Shown piece by piece: positions 47,373 through 57,552 of a DNA stretch of 64,000 nt; within the stretch, counting starts at the first letter, position 1; each line of letters begins with the position of its first letter. This DNA is from an uncultured Gemmatimonadales bacterium (GTDB lineage Bacteria; Gemmatimonadota; Gemmatimonadetes; Longimicrobiales; RSA9). Where the stretch lies: the NCBI GenBank assembly GCA_963783305.1, contig CAWAMW010000013.1:1-64000 (forward strand), read 5' to 3'. Position numbers and translations under genes: made by a program. The notes under the pieces were generated by a model, which had not been told where the DNA came from, did no database searches, and was given only the letters and a program-made list of their open reading frames with translations.

Positions 47373-48392
47373 GTGCCGGCTGCCGGAATGAGGGGTCGCT
47401 GCATCTTCTGCCACGGTGTGCTCCCGCCGAACCAGGCGATCGAGCACTTCCCCCTGGGTCAGCGCATCGCCTTCGACCCCGCACGGGGCCGGCTCTGGGC
47501 CGTCTGCCCGTCCTGCCACCGCTGGAACCTGGCTCCTTTCGAGGACCGCTGGGAGGCGCTGGAGGAGCTGGAGAAGGCGCGGGTGGACACCGGCCGCGTC
47601 CTGGCGAGCACCGACAATATCTCACTGGTCCAGGCGCCGGGCGTGGAGCTGGTACGGGTCGGACCCGCCCGTCTCGCCGAGGAGGCGTGGTGGCGCTATG
47701 GCAGCGACATGATGCGACGCCGCACGCGCGCCCGGCTCCTTGGCTGGACGGAGCAGGCGGCTGTGATCGGCGCGTCGATAGCGACAGGGGGTGCGTTCTA
47801 TCTCCTGCTGGGCGGCGACGGAATCAACAACCTGCTCCGCTGGCGGCGCTTCGGCTCCACGGCCTGGCGCGGCGCGGCGACGTGCGTCCGCTGTGGCGCC
47901 GAGATCAGCGATCTCACGTTCAAGGGAGCTCGCCGGCTCCACCTGTCCCGGGATTCGGAGGAAGACCTGGCGCTCCATCTCCGGTGCCGGAAGTGCCGTC
48001 TGCGCGGCAGGGAGGGCGAGCTCCGAATCGAAGGGCCCGCCGCCCGCCATGTCCTGCGACGGGTCGTCACCCACGGACACTACCGGGGCGCATCCGAGAA
48101 GCGCGTGCGCGATGCCACCGACTACATCGAGCAACGGGGCGCCCCGGACGTGGTGACGCGGGAGCTCATGGCCACCGGTCTGCGGGTCGACGCCCTCCTC
48201 GACCGACACCGCCGGACCCAGGCCGTTGCGCTGGAGATCGCCCTGAACGAAGAGAACGAGCGCCGTCTCCTCCAGATGGAGCTGCGGGAGCTGGAGGCCC
48301 GCTGGCGCGAGGAAGAGGAGCTCGCCGCCATCGTGGACGGCGAGCTCACCCCCGTGCGCGGCCTGGAGCGGCTCCTCCGGGGCGGGTTCTGA
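47373..48392 (+). CDS. Hypothetical protein with four CxxC motifs
   Basis: RBS GGAGG; CIFC, CPSC, CVRC, CRKC; central hydrophobic helix; C-terminal coiled coil. Confidence 0.75.
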   Translation: MPAAGMRGRCIFCHGVLPPNQAIEHFPLGQRIAFDPARGRLWAVCPSCHRWNLAPFEDRWEALEELEKARVDTGRVLASTDNISLVQAPGVELVRVGPARLAEEAWWRYGSDMMRRRTRARLLGWTEQAAVIGASIATGGAFYLLLGGDGINNLLRWRRFGSTAWRGAATCVRCGAEISDLTFKGARRLHLSRDSEEDLALHLRCRKCRLRGREGELRIEGPAARHVLRRVVTHGHYRGASEKRVRDATDYIEQRGAPDVVTRELMATGLRVDALLDRHRRTQAVALEIALNEENERRLLQMELRELEARWREEEELAAIVDGELTPVRGLERLLRGGF

Positions 48393-48415
48393 CCCGCTCC
48401 GCGCGCCTGCCGAGG

Positions 48416-51400
48416 CTACTCGTCCATCGCCAGCGGGTCGAACCCGGCTTCCCGCAGCGCCGCACGGTAGGCGGGAATGCTCTCGTCGTAGAACGATTCG
48501 ATGTCGGCCAGCAGCGTGTCGGCCGCCGAGAGCTCCCATTCCAGCTGGGCCACCCGCCCGGGGGATGGACGGTACGGCGTCCCCACCGCCTCGCCCACCG
48601 CGCCCTGGAGCCGCGAAATGACGGTGGTGTCATCCACGATCCCCTTCGTGGGCGGCATGCGCAGCAGGGCGAGGAGCTCGTTCGCGTGCGCCTTCAGCTC
48701 GCCCGTCTTCTCCACCAGCGAGTCGCGGGTCGCCTCGTCGGCGCCCTTCCAGTCCTTCAGCCGCTTCTCGTAGAGGGCGAGCGTCTCACTGGTCTCGTCC
48801 AGACGACGGATCGCCGCCCGCAGCGTGCCGAGCTTCTCCTGACCGCGCCAGTACTCGTCCAGGCTCGACTGCAGGGCGGCCAGCGACTTCTCCCGGCGGG
48901 GGTCCGGCCGGACCTCCACCATGCCCTCCGCCGTGGCCTCGCCCACCGTGACGCGTACCGCGTACGTGCCGGGGAAGACCTCGGGGCCCCGGGGCTCCGC
49001 GTCGTCCTCGTCGGCGTCCGGGGCGGGCAGCCCCTTCCGCTCCAGCCCCCACACGATGCGGTTCACCCCCGCCTTCGCGGGGCCGTTCAGGGTCCGGACA
49101 ACGGTGTCTGCGTCCAGGACCTCGATCTTGGTGGGGCCGCTGGCGGCCGGCCCACCGCCGAACATGGCGGCGAACCCGGTCGGCCCCTCGGTCGGGCGGG
49201 CTGGCGCGGCGGAATCCGCCACGGCCGCGGCCGCGTCCGGCGAGACCCAGTAGCTGATGAGCGCGCCGTAGGGTCGGTTCGGGCCCTGATACTTCGTGTC
49301 GCCGGGGAAGTAGAACGGGCCGGTGATGCCGCGGTCGTGCTGGATGGCCGCGGGGACGTCGAAGAGGTAGACGGGCGTTTCCGTGACGCGGGCATTCGCC
49401 GCCATCGCCCGCAGCGGACGGATGTCGTCGATGATCCACGCGCCGCGGCCATGGGTCCCGATGGCGAGGTCGTGGTCGCGCGGGTGGACGACCAGGGCGC
49501 GCGTAGGCGCTCCGGCCGGGTAGTCGCCGTGGGTCCACTTCCTCCACTGGCTCCCGCCATCGAGGGAGAAGTAGAGGCCGAACTCGGAGCCGAGGAACAA
49601 CAGGTTCGGCTCCACCGGGTCCTCCTCGATCACGTGGACATACCCGTCCACCTGCTCCGGGGAGAGGGCGCGCCAGCTCCGGCCGTAGTCGTCCGTCCGG
49701 TAGATGTACGAGCTCCAGTCTCCGGTGCGATGACCGTCGAACACCACGTACGCGCGTCCGGCCACGTGCTTCGAGGCCTCGATATGGGGCACCCAGGTGT
49801 CCTCCGGCACGCCCCGGATCCGATCCACCACGTTGTTCCAGCTCGCGCCGCCATCCCGGGTCACCTGCACGTTGCCATCATCGGTGCCCACCCAGATCAC
49901 GCCGCGCTCCACCGGGCTCGGCGCGATGGTCATGATGGTGGTGTGGTTTTCCGCGGCCGTGACATCCAGTGTCAGCCCGCCCGACTCCCGCTGCTTCTGC
50001 TTCTCCGGGTCGTTCGTGGTGAGGTCCGGGCTGATGATCTCCCACGTCTCGCCGCGGTCCGGGCTGCGGTGGACGAACTGGCTGCCGTAGTAGAGGACGG
50101 TGGGATCGAACGGGTCGAGGGCGATCCCCGCGTTCCAGTTGAAGCGGAGCTCGGTGTCGGCGTCGGGCGCCGGCGGGCGGATGCTCTCGCCCCCCGACGT
50201 GGCCAGGTCGAATCGCTGCAGGCTGCCGCCCTGGCTCATGCTGTAGCCGAGCGTCGGGTCCGTCGGATCGATGAGGGCCGCGAAGCCATCGCCGAAGCCG
50301 AGCTCCTGCCAGTGGTGCGCCATGATGTTCGACCCGGCGAACGACGGCATCTCCCACACCTGGCTCGGGCCGCGCCACGAGCCGTTGTCCTGCAGGCCCC
50401 CGTACACGTTGAACGGTACCGCGTTGTCGACGCTCAGGTGGTAGAACTGGGCCAGGGGCAGGTTCTCGATGAAGCGCCAGGAGTCCCCGCGAGTGTGGCT
50501 GAAGTAGACGCCGCCGTCATTGCCCGTGATGATGGTGTGCCCATCCTCCGAGGCCCAGAACGCGTGATGGTCCACGTGCACGCTCGACCAGGGCGCGATG
50601 TTCTCGAACGTCCGCCCGCCATCCTCACTCATGGTCAGATCGCCGCTCACGCGGTACACCCGGTTCTCGTTCGTCGGGTCCACATAGATCCGGCTGTAGT
50701 AGAACGCGCGCTCGTTGACGTTCTGATCGCTGTTCACGGTGCGCCAGCTGGATCCGCCATCATCGCTGCGCAGCAGTGCGCTCTTCTCCGCTTCCACCAG
50801 CGCATACACCACCTTCGGATCGTTCGTGGCGAAGGCGAGGCCGATCCGGCCCAGGTCTCCGGCAGGGAGCCCGTCCTCGGGCGTCAGGCGTGCCCAGCTC
50901 TCACCACCGTCCCAGCTCTCCCACAATCCACTGCCGGGCCCGCCGCTCTCGAAGAACCACGGCCAGCGGCGGAACTCCCAGGTCGACGTCAGCAGGTGCT
51001 CCGGGTTCGACGGGTCGAGCACGATCTCGAACGCGCCCGTCCGTTCGTCCACGTACAGGACCTTCTCCCAGCTCGAACCGCCATCCACGGACTTGTAGAC
51101 ACCGCGCTCGTCGCCATCGCTCCAGGCGGGCCCCAGGGCCGTGAGCCATACCACGTCCGGGTCCTGCGGGTGCACCAGGATGGCCTCGATGTGCTCGGTG
51201 CCGGACAGCCCCAGGTACGACCAGCTCCGGCCGCCGTTGCTCGTCTTCCACACCCCGCGACCCACGCCCATGCTGTTCCGGGCGTTCGCCTCACCCGTCC
51301 CCACGTACGCCACGTCCGGCGCGCTCGGCGCGAACCCGATGGCGCCGATGGAGTTCACCGACAGCGAGTCCATGATGGGCTGCCACGTGAAGCCGCCATC

Positions 51401-51670
51401 CACCGACTTCCACAGCCCTCCCGTCGCGGCGCCCACCCAGACCTCCCGATCGTCGCGGGGCGAGACCGCGATGGCGGCCACCCGCCCCGAGGTCCCTGGG
51501 GGTCCGATCGGCCGCGCATCCATGGAGTGGAAGAGGGTGTCCACAGCCACGGCCGTGGGAGCCCGCTCCTGTTGGGCCGCCAGGGCAGAGGGTGATGCGC
51601 CCGCGCTGGCGCATGCGGACAGGACGGCGGCCGCGATCAGGGGCGCGGTCAGGGGAAGCGATCGTCGCAT
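48416..51670 (-). CDS. VPS10/BNR-repeat glycosyl-hydrolase-like lipoprotein
   Basis: IGPPGTSGRVAAIA, repeated SxDGGxxW, YGGLQDNGSW, RFNWNA, GTHGRG. Confidence 0.9.
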   Translation of the reverse strand: MRRSLPLTAPLIAAAVLSACASAGASPSALAAQQERAPTAVAVDTLFHSMDARPIGPPGTSGRVAAIAVSPRDDREVWVGAATGGLWKSVDGGFTWQPIMDSLSVNSIGAIGFAPSAPDVAYVGTGEANARNSMGVGRGVWKTSNGGRSWSYLGLSGTEHIEAILVHPQDPDVVWLTALGPAWSDGDERGVYKSVDGGSSWEKVLYVDERTGAFEIVLDPSNPEHLLTSTWEFRRWPWFFESGGPGSGLWESWDGGESWARLTPEDGLPAGDLGRIGLAFATNDPKVVYALVEAEKSALLRSDDGGSSWRTVNSDQNVNERAFYYSRIYVDPTNENRVYRVSGDLTMSEDGGRTFENIAPWSSVHVDHHAFWASEDGHTIITGNDGGVYFSHTRGDSWRFIENLPLAQFYHLSVDNAVPFNVYGGLQDNGSWRGPSQVWEMPSFAGSNIMAHHWQELGFGDGFAALIDPTDPTLGYSMSQGGSLQRFDLATSGGESIRPPAPDADTELRFNWNAGIALDPFDPTVLYYGSQFVHRSPDRGETWEIISPDLTTNDPEKQKQRESGGLTLDVTAAENHTTIMTIAPSPVERGVIWVGTDDGNVQVTRDGGASWNNVVDRIRGVPEDTWVPHIEASKHVAGRAYVVFDGHRTGDWSSYIYRTDDYGRSWRALSPEQVDGYVHVIEEDPVEPNLLFLGSEFGLYFSLDGGSQWRKWTHGDYPAGAPTRALVVHPRDHDLAIGTHGRGAWIIDDIRPLRAMAANARVTETPVYLFDVPAAIQHDRGITGPFYFPGDTKYQGPNRPYGALISYWVSPDAAAAVADSAAPARPTEGPTGFAAMFGGGPAASGPTKIEVLDADTVVRTLNGPAKAGVNRIVWGLERKGLPAPDADEDDAEPRGPEVFPGTYAVRVTVGEATAEGMVEVRPDPRREKSLAALQSSLDEYWRGQEKLGTLRAAIRRLDETSETLALYEKRLKDWKGADEATRDSLVEKTGELKAHANELLALLRMPPTKGIVDDTTVISRLQGAVGEAVGTPYRPSPGRVAQLEWELSAADTLLADIESFYDESIPAYRAALREAGFDPLAMDE

Positions 51671-51965
51671 ATCAGGACTCCGGTTGGGATATTGTGGGGA
51701 GCAAATAGTAGGAGGGAGGGCGGTCGTGCAGCAACCGCCCGGGGCGCGGAAGGCTGGCAGGGGAGCGTGGGGTCCCCGGCGCACGGGAGCGTGGCGTCGG
51801 TCGCGGCCGACGTCTAGTTTGGGACGAGCCGCCCGAACACCCGTCCGCGCGCCGCATTCCGCACCCGAACACCTCGAGGCTCCCAACGGGGGGCAGAGCT
51901 CCTGATGGAGCTTCCGCCCAATTACGTACTCCACTCGTGTTCCGACCATTTTCAGGGGAGATACC

Positions 51966-52550
51966 ATGGAAGCTGTCGCCGTCGGAGTGATGATCATCGC
52001 CGGACTGGTCCTGCTGCTGGTCCTCGGGCTGGCGGCCGTCGCCGTCGTCCTCTACAACCGCCTCGTAGCTCTGCGGGTGGAGACCGACACGGCCTGGGCG
52101 GATATCGACGTCCAGCTGAAACGCCGCCACGACCTGATCCCGAATCTCGTCGCCACCGCCAAGGGCTACGCGGGCCACGAACGGGAGACGCTCGAGTCGG
52201 TAACGCGCGCCCGCTCGAACGCCGTCGATGCCCGCAACGCACCCCCGCAGGAGCGGGCGGGCGCCGAGAACGTGCTCACCAGCGCCCTCGGCCGGCTCTT
52301 CGCGCTGGCCGAGTCCTACCCGCAGCTGCGGGCGGCGGAGCCGTTCCAGGAGCTACAGCGGGCCCTGAGCGCGGTCGAGGATGCGCTCCAGAACTCGCGC
52401 CGCTACTACAACGCCACGGTCCGCGAGCTGAACACCCGCGTCGCCCAGTTCCCCACCAACATCGTGGCCGGCCTCGCCTCCATCCGGTCGCGTGAGTTCT
52501 TCGAGATCGAGGCGCCCGAGCAGCGGGAGGCCCCGCAGGTGGAGTTCTGA
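51966..52550 (+). CDS. lemA: LemA family protein
   Basis: YNRLV, WADIDVQLKRRHDLIPNLV, AESYPQL, RRYYN, FPTN. Confidence 0.95.
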   Translation: MEAVAVGVMIIAGLVLLLVLGLAAVAVVLYNRLVALRVETDTAWADIDVQLKRRHDLIPNLVATAKGYAGHERETLESVTRARSNAVDARNAPPQERAGAENVLTSALGRLFALAESYPQLRAAEPFQELQRALSAVEDALQNSRRYYNATVRELNTRVAQFPTNIVAGLASIRSREFFEIEAPEQREAPQVEF

Positions 52551-54536
52551 TGCGCCACGGCTTCCGGACGACAGCCGGAGGCGCCCTGCTGGCCCTGTGG
52601 TCCGCCCTCGGCCTGCTGCTCCTGCCGCAGGGCGCAGCGCCAGCGGCGGCCCAGCGCTCGGTGGTGATCGAGCGGTTCACGGCGGAGATCGAGGTGGAGC
52701 CATCGGGTGACCTCGTGGTGACGGAGACGCTCCGACCGCGGTTCACCGGCCAGTGGAACGGAGTCAGGCGTGTCCTGGACCTGGGCCACACCACCGCCGC
52801 CGGTGAGCGGGAGGTGCTGAAGATTGACGGAGTCTCCGCGACCGACGGGGCGGGCCGGTCGCTCCGGGTGGACGACGAAGCGAACGGCCGGTCTTCGCGG
52901 CAACTGAGCATCTGGGTGCCCGACGCCGCCGATCGCACCGCGGAAGTGGTCCTGCGGTACCGAGTGCGTGGTGCCGTCCGGTTCTTCGCAGGTGACACGG
53001 CGGAGATCGAGGGGCCCAGCGCGGCCGATTACGACGAGCTGTACTGGCAGGTCACGGGCACGGATTGGGACGTCCCGATCGAGGAGGCGAGCGCCCGAGT
53101 CCTTCTCCCGGCAGGCGCGGTGCCCATCCAGGCGGCGGCCTACCGGGGAGCGCCGGACTCCGGCGCGCAGGTGGATGTCCAGCTGGACAGCGCTGCCGAG
53201 GACGCTGGCGGCAGCCCGGTGGCCCCGGGTGCATGGGTTCCTACAAGCGGCGGGAGTGCTGCGGCCGGGTGAGGGACTCACGGTGGCGGTGGCGTGGCCC
53301 TCGGGCCACGTTGCCATGCCCGCGGACCTCCAGCGCGCGCGGCCGGTGCGGTTCGGCACGGACGGATCTGTTGTCGATCCAGCGACGGGTCGGTTCGGCG
53401 GCGCATCGCTCTGGATGCTCCTGCCGCTGCTCCTGCCGATCCTCACCTTCTGGCTCGCCTACCGCGTGTGGGCCCGGCGGGGCCGCGATCCGCGGGAGCG
53501 GGCGATCACCGTTCAATGGGAGCCTCCCGCGGAGCTCGGGCCCGCGGAAGCGGGCACGCTGGTGGACAACAGGCCGGGGATGCACGACATCATCTCGATC
53601 CTGGTCGACCTGGCGGTGCGCGGGTACGTGGTGATCTCGGAGCGGGAGAAGAAGGGCTTCCTGAAGCGCGGGAAGGACTACGCCTTCCACCTGGTGCGCC
53701 CGCGGCAGGACTGGGGAGAGCTCACGCCGTACGAACGGAGCTTCCTCGAGGGCCTCTTCGGCGGCCCGTCCAGAAGCGAGGTGCTGGCCAACCTGGCCGA
53801 GGAGGGGTCATTCCTCGATGGCGTGCTGGAGACCCTCGGCGGCGAAGCCCCTTCCAGCTCTGCGCCCGACGGCACCGTCGAGAGCGTGTTCCTCTCCGAC
53901 CTCCAGAACCGCTTCTACAAGGCCCTGCCCCCGATCCGGGAGGCCCTGCTGGAGGCGCTCGTGCTCAAGGGGCACTACAAGCAGAGGCCGGACCGCGTTC
54001 GCGCTCGCTGGGGAGGGGTGGCCTGGGGCCTTCTCATGGTGTCGATCGCCCTCGTGTTCGCCGCGGTCGCGGCGAGCACGCCTTCCGCCGGCCTGCTGGG
54101 CGCGGCCTGGGTGGCGGGAGTGATGCTGAGCACCGTGGTCGTCGGCGGGTTCGCCTTCATTATGCCTGCCCGGACCGAGCACGGCGCAAGGACCCGTGAG
54201 GCGGCGCTGGGGTTCAAGAGGTTCCTGGAACGGGTCGAGTCCCCACGCTACCGCAGGATGATCGAGTCGCCGGACCAGTTCGAGCGATACCTCCCGTATG
54301 CAGTGGCCTTCCAGTGCGCCGAAAAATGGGCCAAGGCCTTCGAGGACCTGCTGACGGAGTCGCCGGAGTGGTATCAGGGCACCGGCCAGTTCCGTCCCTC
54401 GGTCTTCGCATCCGATCTGGGGACCCTCGCCTCCACCGCCAGCTCCACGCTCGCCTCTTCACCCTCCAGCTCCGGGTCCGGCGGCGGCGGGAGCGTGGGT
54501 GGCGGCAGCGGCGGTGGGGGCGGTGGAGGCTTCTGA
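52550..54536 (+). pseudogene. DUF2207 membrane protein, frameshifted near 53200-53250
   Basis: N-half (DELYWQVTGTDW) in one frame; C-half (GEGLTVAVAWP, FERYLPYAVAF, GGSGGGGGGGF) in another; usual partner of lemA. Confidence 0.8.
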
Positions 54537-54580
54537 GCGATGCTTGCTTCGACCCGTCGAAACAATGTAGGAGGTTCAGC

Positions 54581-55009
54581 ATGAACGAGGAGATCCTGCG
54601 GCCCGCCGAGGCCGCCGACATCGATCCGGCATACGGCGAGTTCCTCAACCTGTTCAACCGGTCGCAGTTCTGGGACAGCCACGAGGCCCTCGAGGACGCG
54701 TGGCGCCGGACGGGCAGCGAGTTCTACCACGCGCTCATCCTGTACGCAAGCGCGTTCGTCCACGTCCACCGCGGGAATCGCCACGGGATCGCGGCGCAGC
54801 TCGGCAAGGCTCAGCCGCTCCTCGAGCCACGATGCCCCCACTACCTCGGGCTGAACGTGAACGCCATGCTCGAGCACGCGCTCATCTGCCGCCATATCGT
54901 GGCGGAAAACCGCGAAGCTCCCAGCGAGGCTTGGACCCTTCTCATCCCCACCCCACAGCTCCGCTTCCACCCCGACCACGTGCGCGGGGACGAGCCCGAA
55001 CTGGGCTGA
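54581..55009 (+). CDS. DUF309 domain protein
   Basis: RBS AGGAGG; LFNRSQFWDSHEALEDAW. Confidence 0.82.
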   Translation: MNEEILRPAEAADIDPAYGEFLNLFNRSQFWDSHEALEDAWRRTGSEFYHALILYASAFVHVHRGNRHGIAAQLGKAQPLLEPRCPHYLGLNVNAMLEHALICRHIVAENREAPSEAWTLLIPTPQLRFHPDHVRGDEPELG

Positions 55010-55046
55010 CGCGTCGCCGCGACCGGGCGACCGTGCCAGAAGTTCC

Positions 55047-55093
55047 TTGACAGTCGCCGGCCGCCGCCATAGTGTGTTGGTATGCTGACACAC
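55047..55093 (+). promoter_or_regulatory. Sigma70 promoter with overlapping GntR/YtrA-type operator
   Basis: TTGACA-N17-TAGTGT; palindrome GTGTGTTGG-TATG-CTGACACAC at 55072-55093. Confidence 0.7.
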
Positions 55094-55113
55094 CCACACA
55101 GACGAGGCGCTCC

Positions 55114-55524
55114 GTGCTGATCACCATCGAGGGAGGGGATCCGCGGCCGATCTACGTCCAGATCATGGATGAGATCAAGAGGGCGGTGGTCCTGGGGACC
55201 GTTGGCCCCGATGATCCGCTCCCGTCGGTCCGCCAGCTGGCGGGTGAGCTCCGGGTCAACCCGAACACGGTTCAGCAGGCGTACCGCGAGCTGGAGCGCA
55301 CCGGGCTGGTGTACGTCCGTCGGGGGCAGGGAACGTTCGTGTCTGAGGAGGCGGCTGTGCAGACTGACCGCGAGCGAAGCGATCTGGCGAGAATGGTGGC
55401 GGAGCGGGCGATACGGGAGGCGTATCGGAACGGCGTGAGCCCTGGGGAGCTGGTTGCGGCGATCCAGGCCGTGGAGAGTGGGGGTCTCTCGGGATCCGCG
55501 AGCGTGCACGGGGGTCGTCCATGA
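55114..55524 (+). CDS. GntR-family regulator, YtrA subfamily
   Basis: PIYVQI, LPSVRQLAGELRVNPNTVQQAYRELE, RGQGTFV. Confidence 0.93.
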   Translation: MLITIEGGDPRPIYVQIMDEIKRAVVLGTVGPDDPLPSVRQLAGELRVNPNTVQQAYRELERTGLVYVRRGQGTFVSEEAAVQTDRERSDLARMVAERAIREAYRNGVSPGELVAAIQAVESGGLSGSASVHGGRP

Positions 55525-56498
55525 GTGGCGGCGTGGGTGACGGCGGCGGCCAGTGGGCGGTGGTCACGCGGAGTCTGGTGAAGAAGTTCGGCCGTCGTGT
55601 AGCGCTGGACGGGATGGATCTGAGGGTGCCGGTCGGCTCGGTATACGTGCTGGTGGGCCCGAACGGAGCGGGCAAGACGACGGCGTTGCGGGTCCTCCTG
55701 GACCTGGTCCGCGCGGATTCCGGTGAGGCGAGTGTGCTGGGCCATTCATCCGTGGCTGAGGGGGCGCGGGTCCGCTCGCTGTGCGGGTATCTGCCAGAGC
55801 GCTCCGATGCGGGCTACGGCTGGATGAAGGTGCAGGATCTCCTGGCGTACCACGCCTCGTACCGCAGTGGCTGGGACGCGGGGTACGCCCGGTCGCTCAT
55901 GGAGCGTCTGGAGGTGCGGGACCACACGAAGTTCGGGAAGCTCTCGAAGGGGGAGGCGCGGCGAGTGCAGCTGGTCATGACGCTGGCGCACCGTCCGCCG
56001 CTGCTGCTGCTGGACGAGCTCACGGACGGGCTGGACCCGGTGATGCGAGGTGAGGCGCTGGCGCTGCTCTCCGACCACATCGCGGAGACGGAGACCACGG
56101 CGGTGATCTCGACCCACCTCGTCTATGAGGTGGAGGGGCTCGGTGACCACATTGGTGTCCTGCGGGACGGGAAGCTGACGGCCCAGCTGGACCGGGACGC
56201 GCTGCGGTCGCGCCTCAGGCGATACACGCTGGAGGTACCGGAGGGGTGGAGGGGCCCGGAGGCTCTCATCGACCGGATCGTGCGTCGGAGCGGCGGCGGG
56301 CGTGAGGTGGCGTGGACGATCTGGGGGGAACAGTCGGAGGTCGTAGAGCGGCTCAGCGATGGAGGCGGAACGGTACGCGAGGTGGATCCCTTGACGCTCG
56401 AGGAGGCGGCGGTGGCGCTCATGGCCATGCGGGGCACCCAGGATGACCTGACCGGGGAGCTGAACCCGTCCCTGCCGGCCCATGCGGTGGGGAGCTAG
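55521..56498 (+). CDS. ABC transporter ATP-binding protein
   Basis: GPNGAGKTT, LSKGE, LLLDELTDGLDP, STH. Confidence 0.93.
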   Translation: MSGGVGDGGGQWAVVTRSLVKKFGRRVALDGMDLRVPVGSVYVLVGPNGAGKTTALRVLLDLVRADSGEASVLGHSSVAEGARVRSLCGYLPERSDAGYGWMKVQDLLAYHASYRSGWDAGYARSLMERLEVRDHTKFGKLSKGEARRVQLVMTLAHRPPLLLLDELTDGLDPVMRGEALALLSDHIAETETTAVISTHLVYEVEGLGDHIGVLRDGKLTAQLDRDALRSRLRRYTLEVPEGWRGPEALIDRIVRRSGGGREVAWTIWGEQSEVVERLSDGGGTVREVDPLTLEEAAVALMAMRGTQDDLTGELNPSLPAHAVGS

Positions 56499-56500
56499 CG

Positions 56501-57355
56501 ATGGAGGCAGCGATGGAAACGACCGTGACGCACCCGGTGCGCGAGCCGGTGGACTTCGGAGCCGCGTTCGCTCGCCAGTTCAAGCTGCTGTGGACGAGCC
56601 GTCGGCCGCTGCTGCTGGCGCTGGCGCTGCTCGCCCTTCTTGGACTGGCGGGGGAGCCCTGGACGGATAATCTGAAAGCGCGCCTGTTCACGGTCTGGCC
56701 GCTCTGGCTGGTCCTGGTCGGCCCCGTATGGGCGTTCGCGGTATTCCACAACGAGGGGCCGAGCAGCCGGCTCTACTTCTGGTCGATGCCGGTGGGGCGG
56801 ACCCGCCACACGCTCGCCCGTCTCGCGGCCGGGCTGGCCTGGCTGTGGATCCTGTACGGTGTTCTCATTGGGGCCGGGGTGATACTGGCCTCCCTCGACG
56901 GGGATCTCTGGCAGCTCGGGATGATCACGGCCGCCGGCTGGATCAACTTCTTCACCGGCCCGCTCCTGGGCTACCTGGCAATCTCGGTCCTGACGATCGC
57001 CACCGACTATCCGCTCCGCTGGGTCTTCGGAATCCTCTTCCTCTTCCCGCTGACGGTGAGCATCCTGGATGACTGGCTGGGGCTCGAGTCCCTGGCGAAC
57101 GCGCTGGTCAAGCCGTTCACCAGTGAGGACTGGGGCCTCCTGCCGGTGGTAACTGGAGGACTCGGCGAGTCGATCCTCGAGCTGGACAAGACGCTGGCGC
57201 GGATGGCGGACCCGGAAGCGATCGTGCGTGGACAGTTCGAAGTGGCCTACTGGGCGCCGGCTACGGCGGCCTGGATCGCGCTGCTCCTGGGAGTCGTATT
57301 CTACGCGGCTTCGCGCCACCCGGACCGGCTGCCACGGCTCCGCCGCTTCGGCTGA
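56501..57355 (+). CDS. Putative ABC-2 type permease
   Basis: About 6 TM helices, FWSMPVGR motif, follows ytrA-like regulator and ATPase. Confidence 0.75.
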   Translation: MEAAMETTVTHPVREPVDFGAAFARQFKLLWTSRRPLLLALALLALLGLAGEPWTDNLKARLFTVWPLWLVLVGPVWAFAVFHNEGPSSRLYFWSMPVGRTRHTLARLAAGLAWLWILYGVLIGAGVILASLDGDLWQLGMITAAGWINFFTGPLLGYLAISVLTIATDYPLRWVFGILFLFPLTVSILDDWLGLESLANALVKPFTSEDWGLLPVVTGGLGESILELDKTLARMADPEAIVRGQFEVAYWAPATAAWIALLLGVVFYAASRHPDRLPRLRRFG

Positions 57356-57552
57356 GCCACCCCGGCCGAGCCGCCATTTCCGGAGCTCGATGGGGCGTAG
57401 CGGCTGCCGCTCCCGGCAGCGCGGTCCCTGCCCTGCTCTCCCAGAAGACTTGACATTCCGCATCGGGTGACGGCAGCTTACCTGCCGTGGCTCATGTACT
57501 TGAGGCCACTCGATCCCACGAAGACAATCCCATCGAACTCGACGCAGGGAGT

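Noticed and set aside
47171..51595. 1474-aa plus-strand ORF
   Set aside because: Antisense shadow of the VPS10-like hydrolase; no recognisable domain
51832..51930. CCCGAACACC direct repeat (51832, 51864) and GAGCTCC/GGAGCT hairpin upstream of lemA
   Set aside because: No match to a riboswitch or operator I can support; could be chance
53270..53272. TGA ending the first DUF2207 half as possible selenocysteine
   Set aside because: The downstream protein continues in a different frame, so read-through would not restore it
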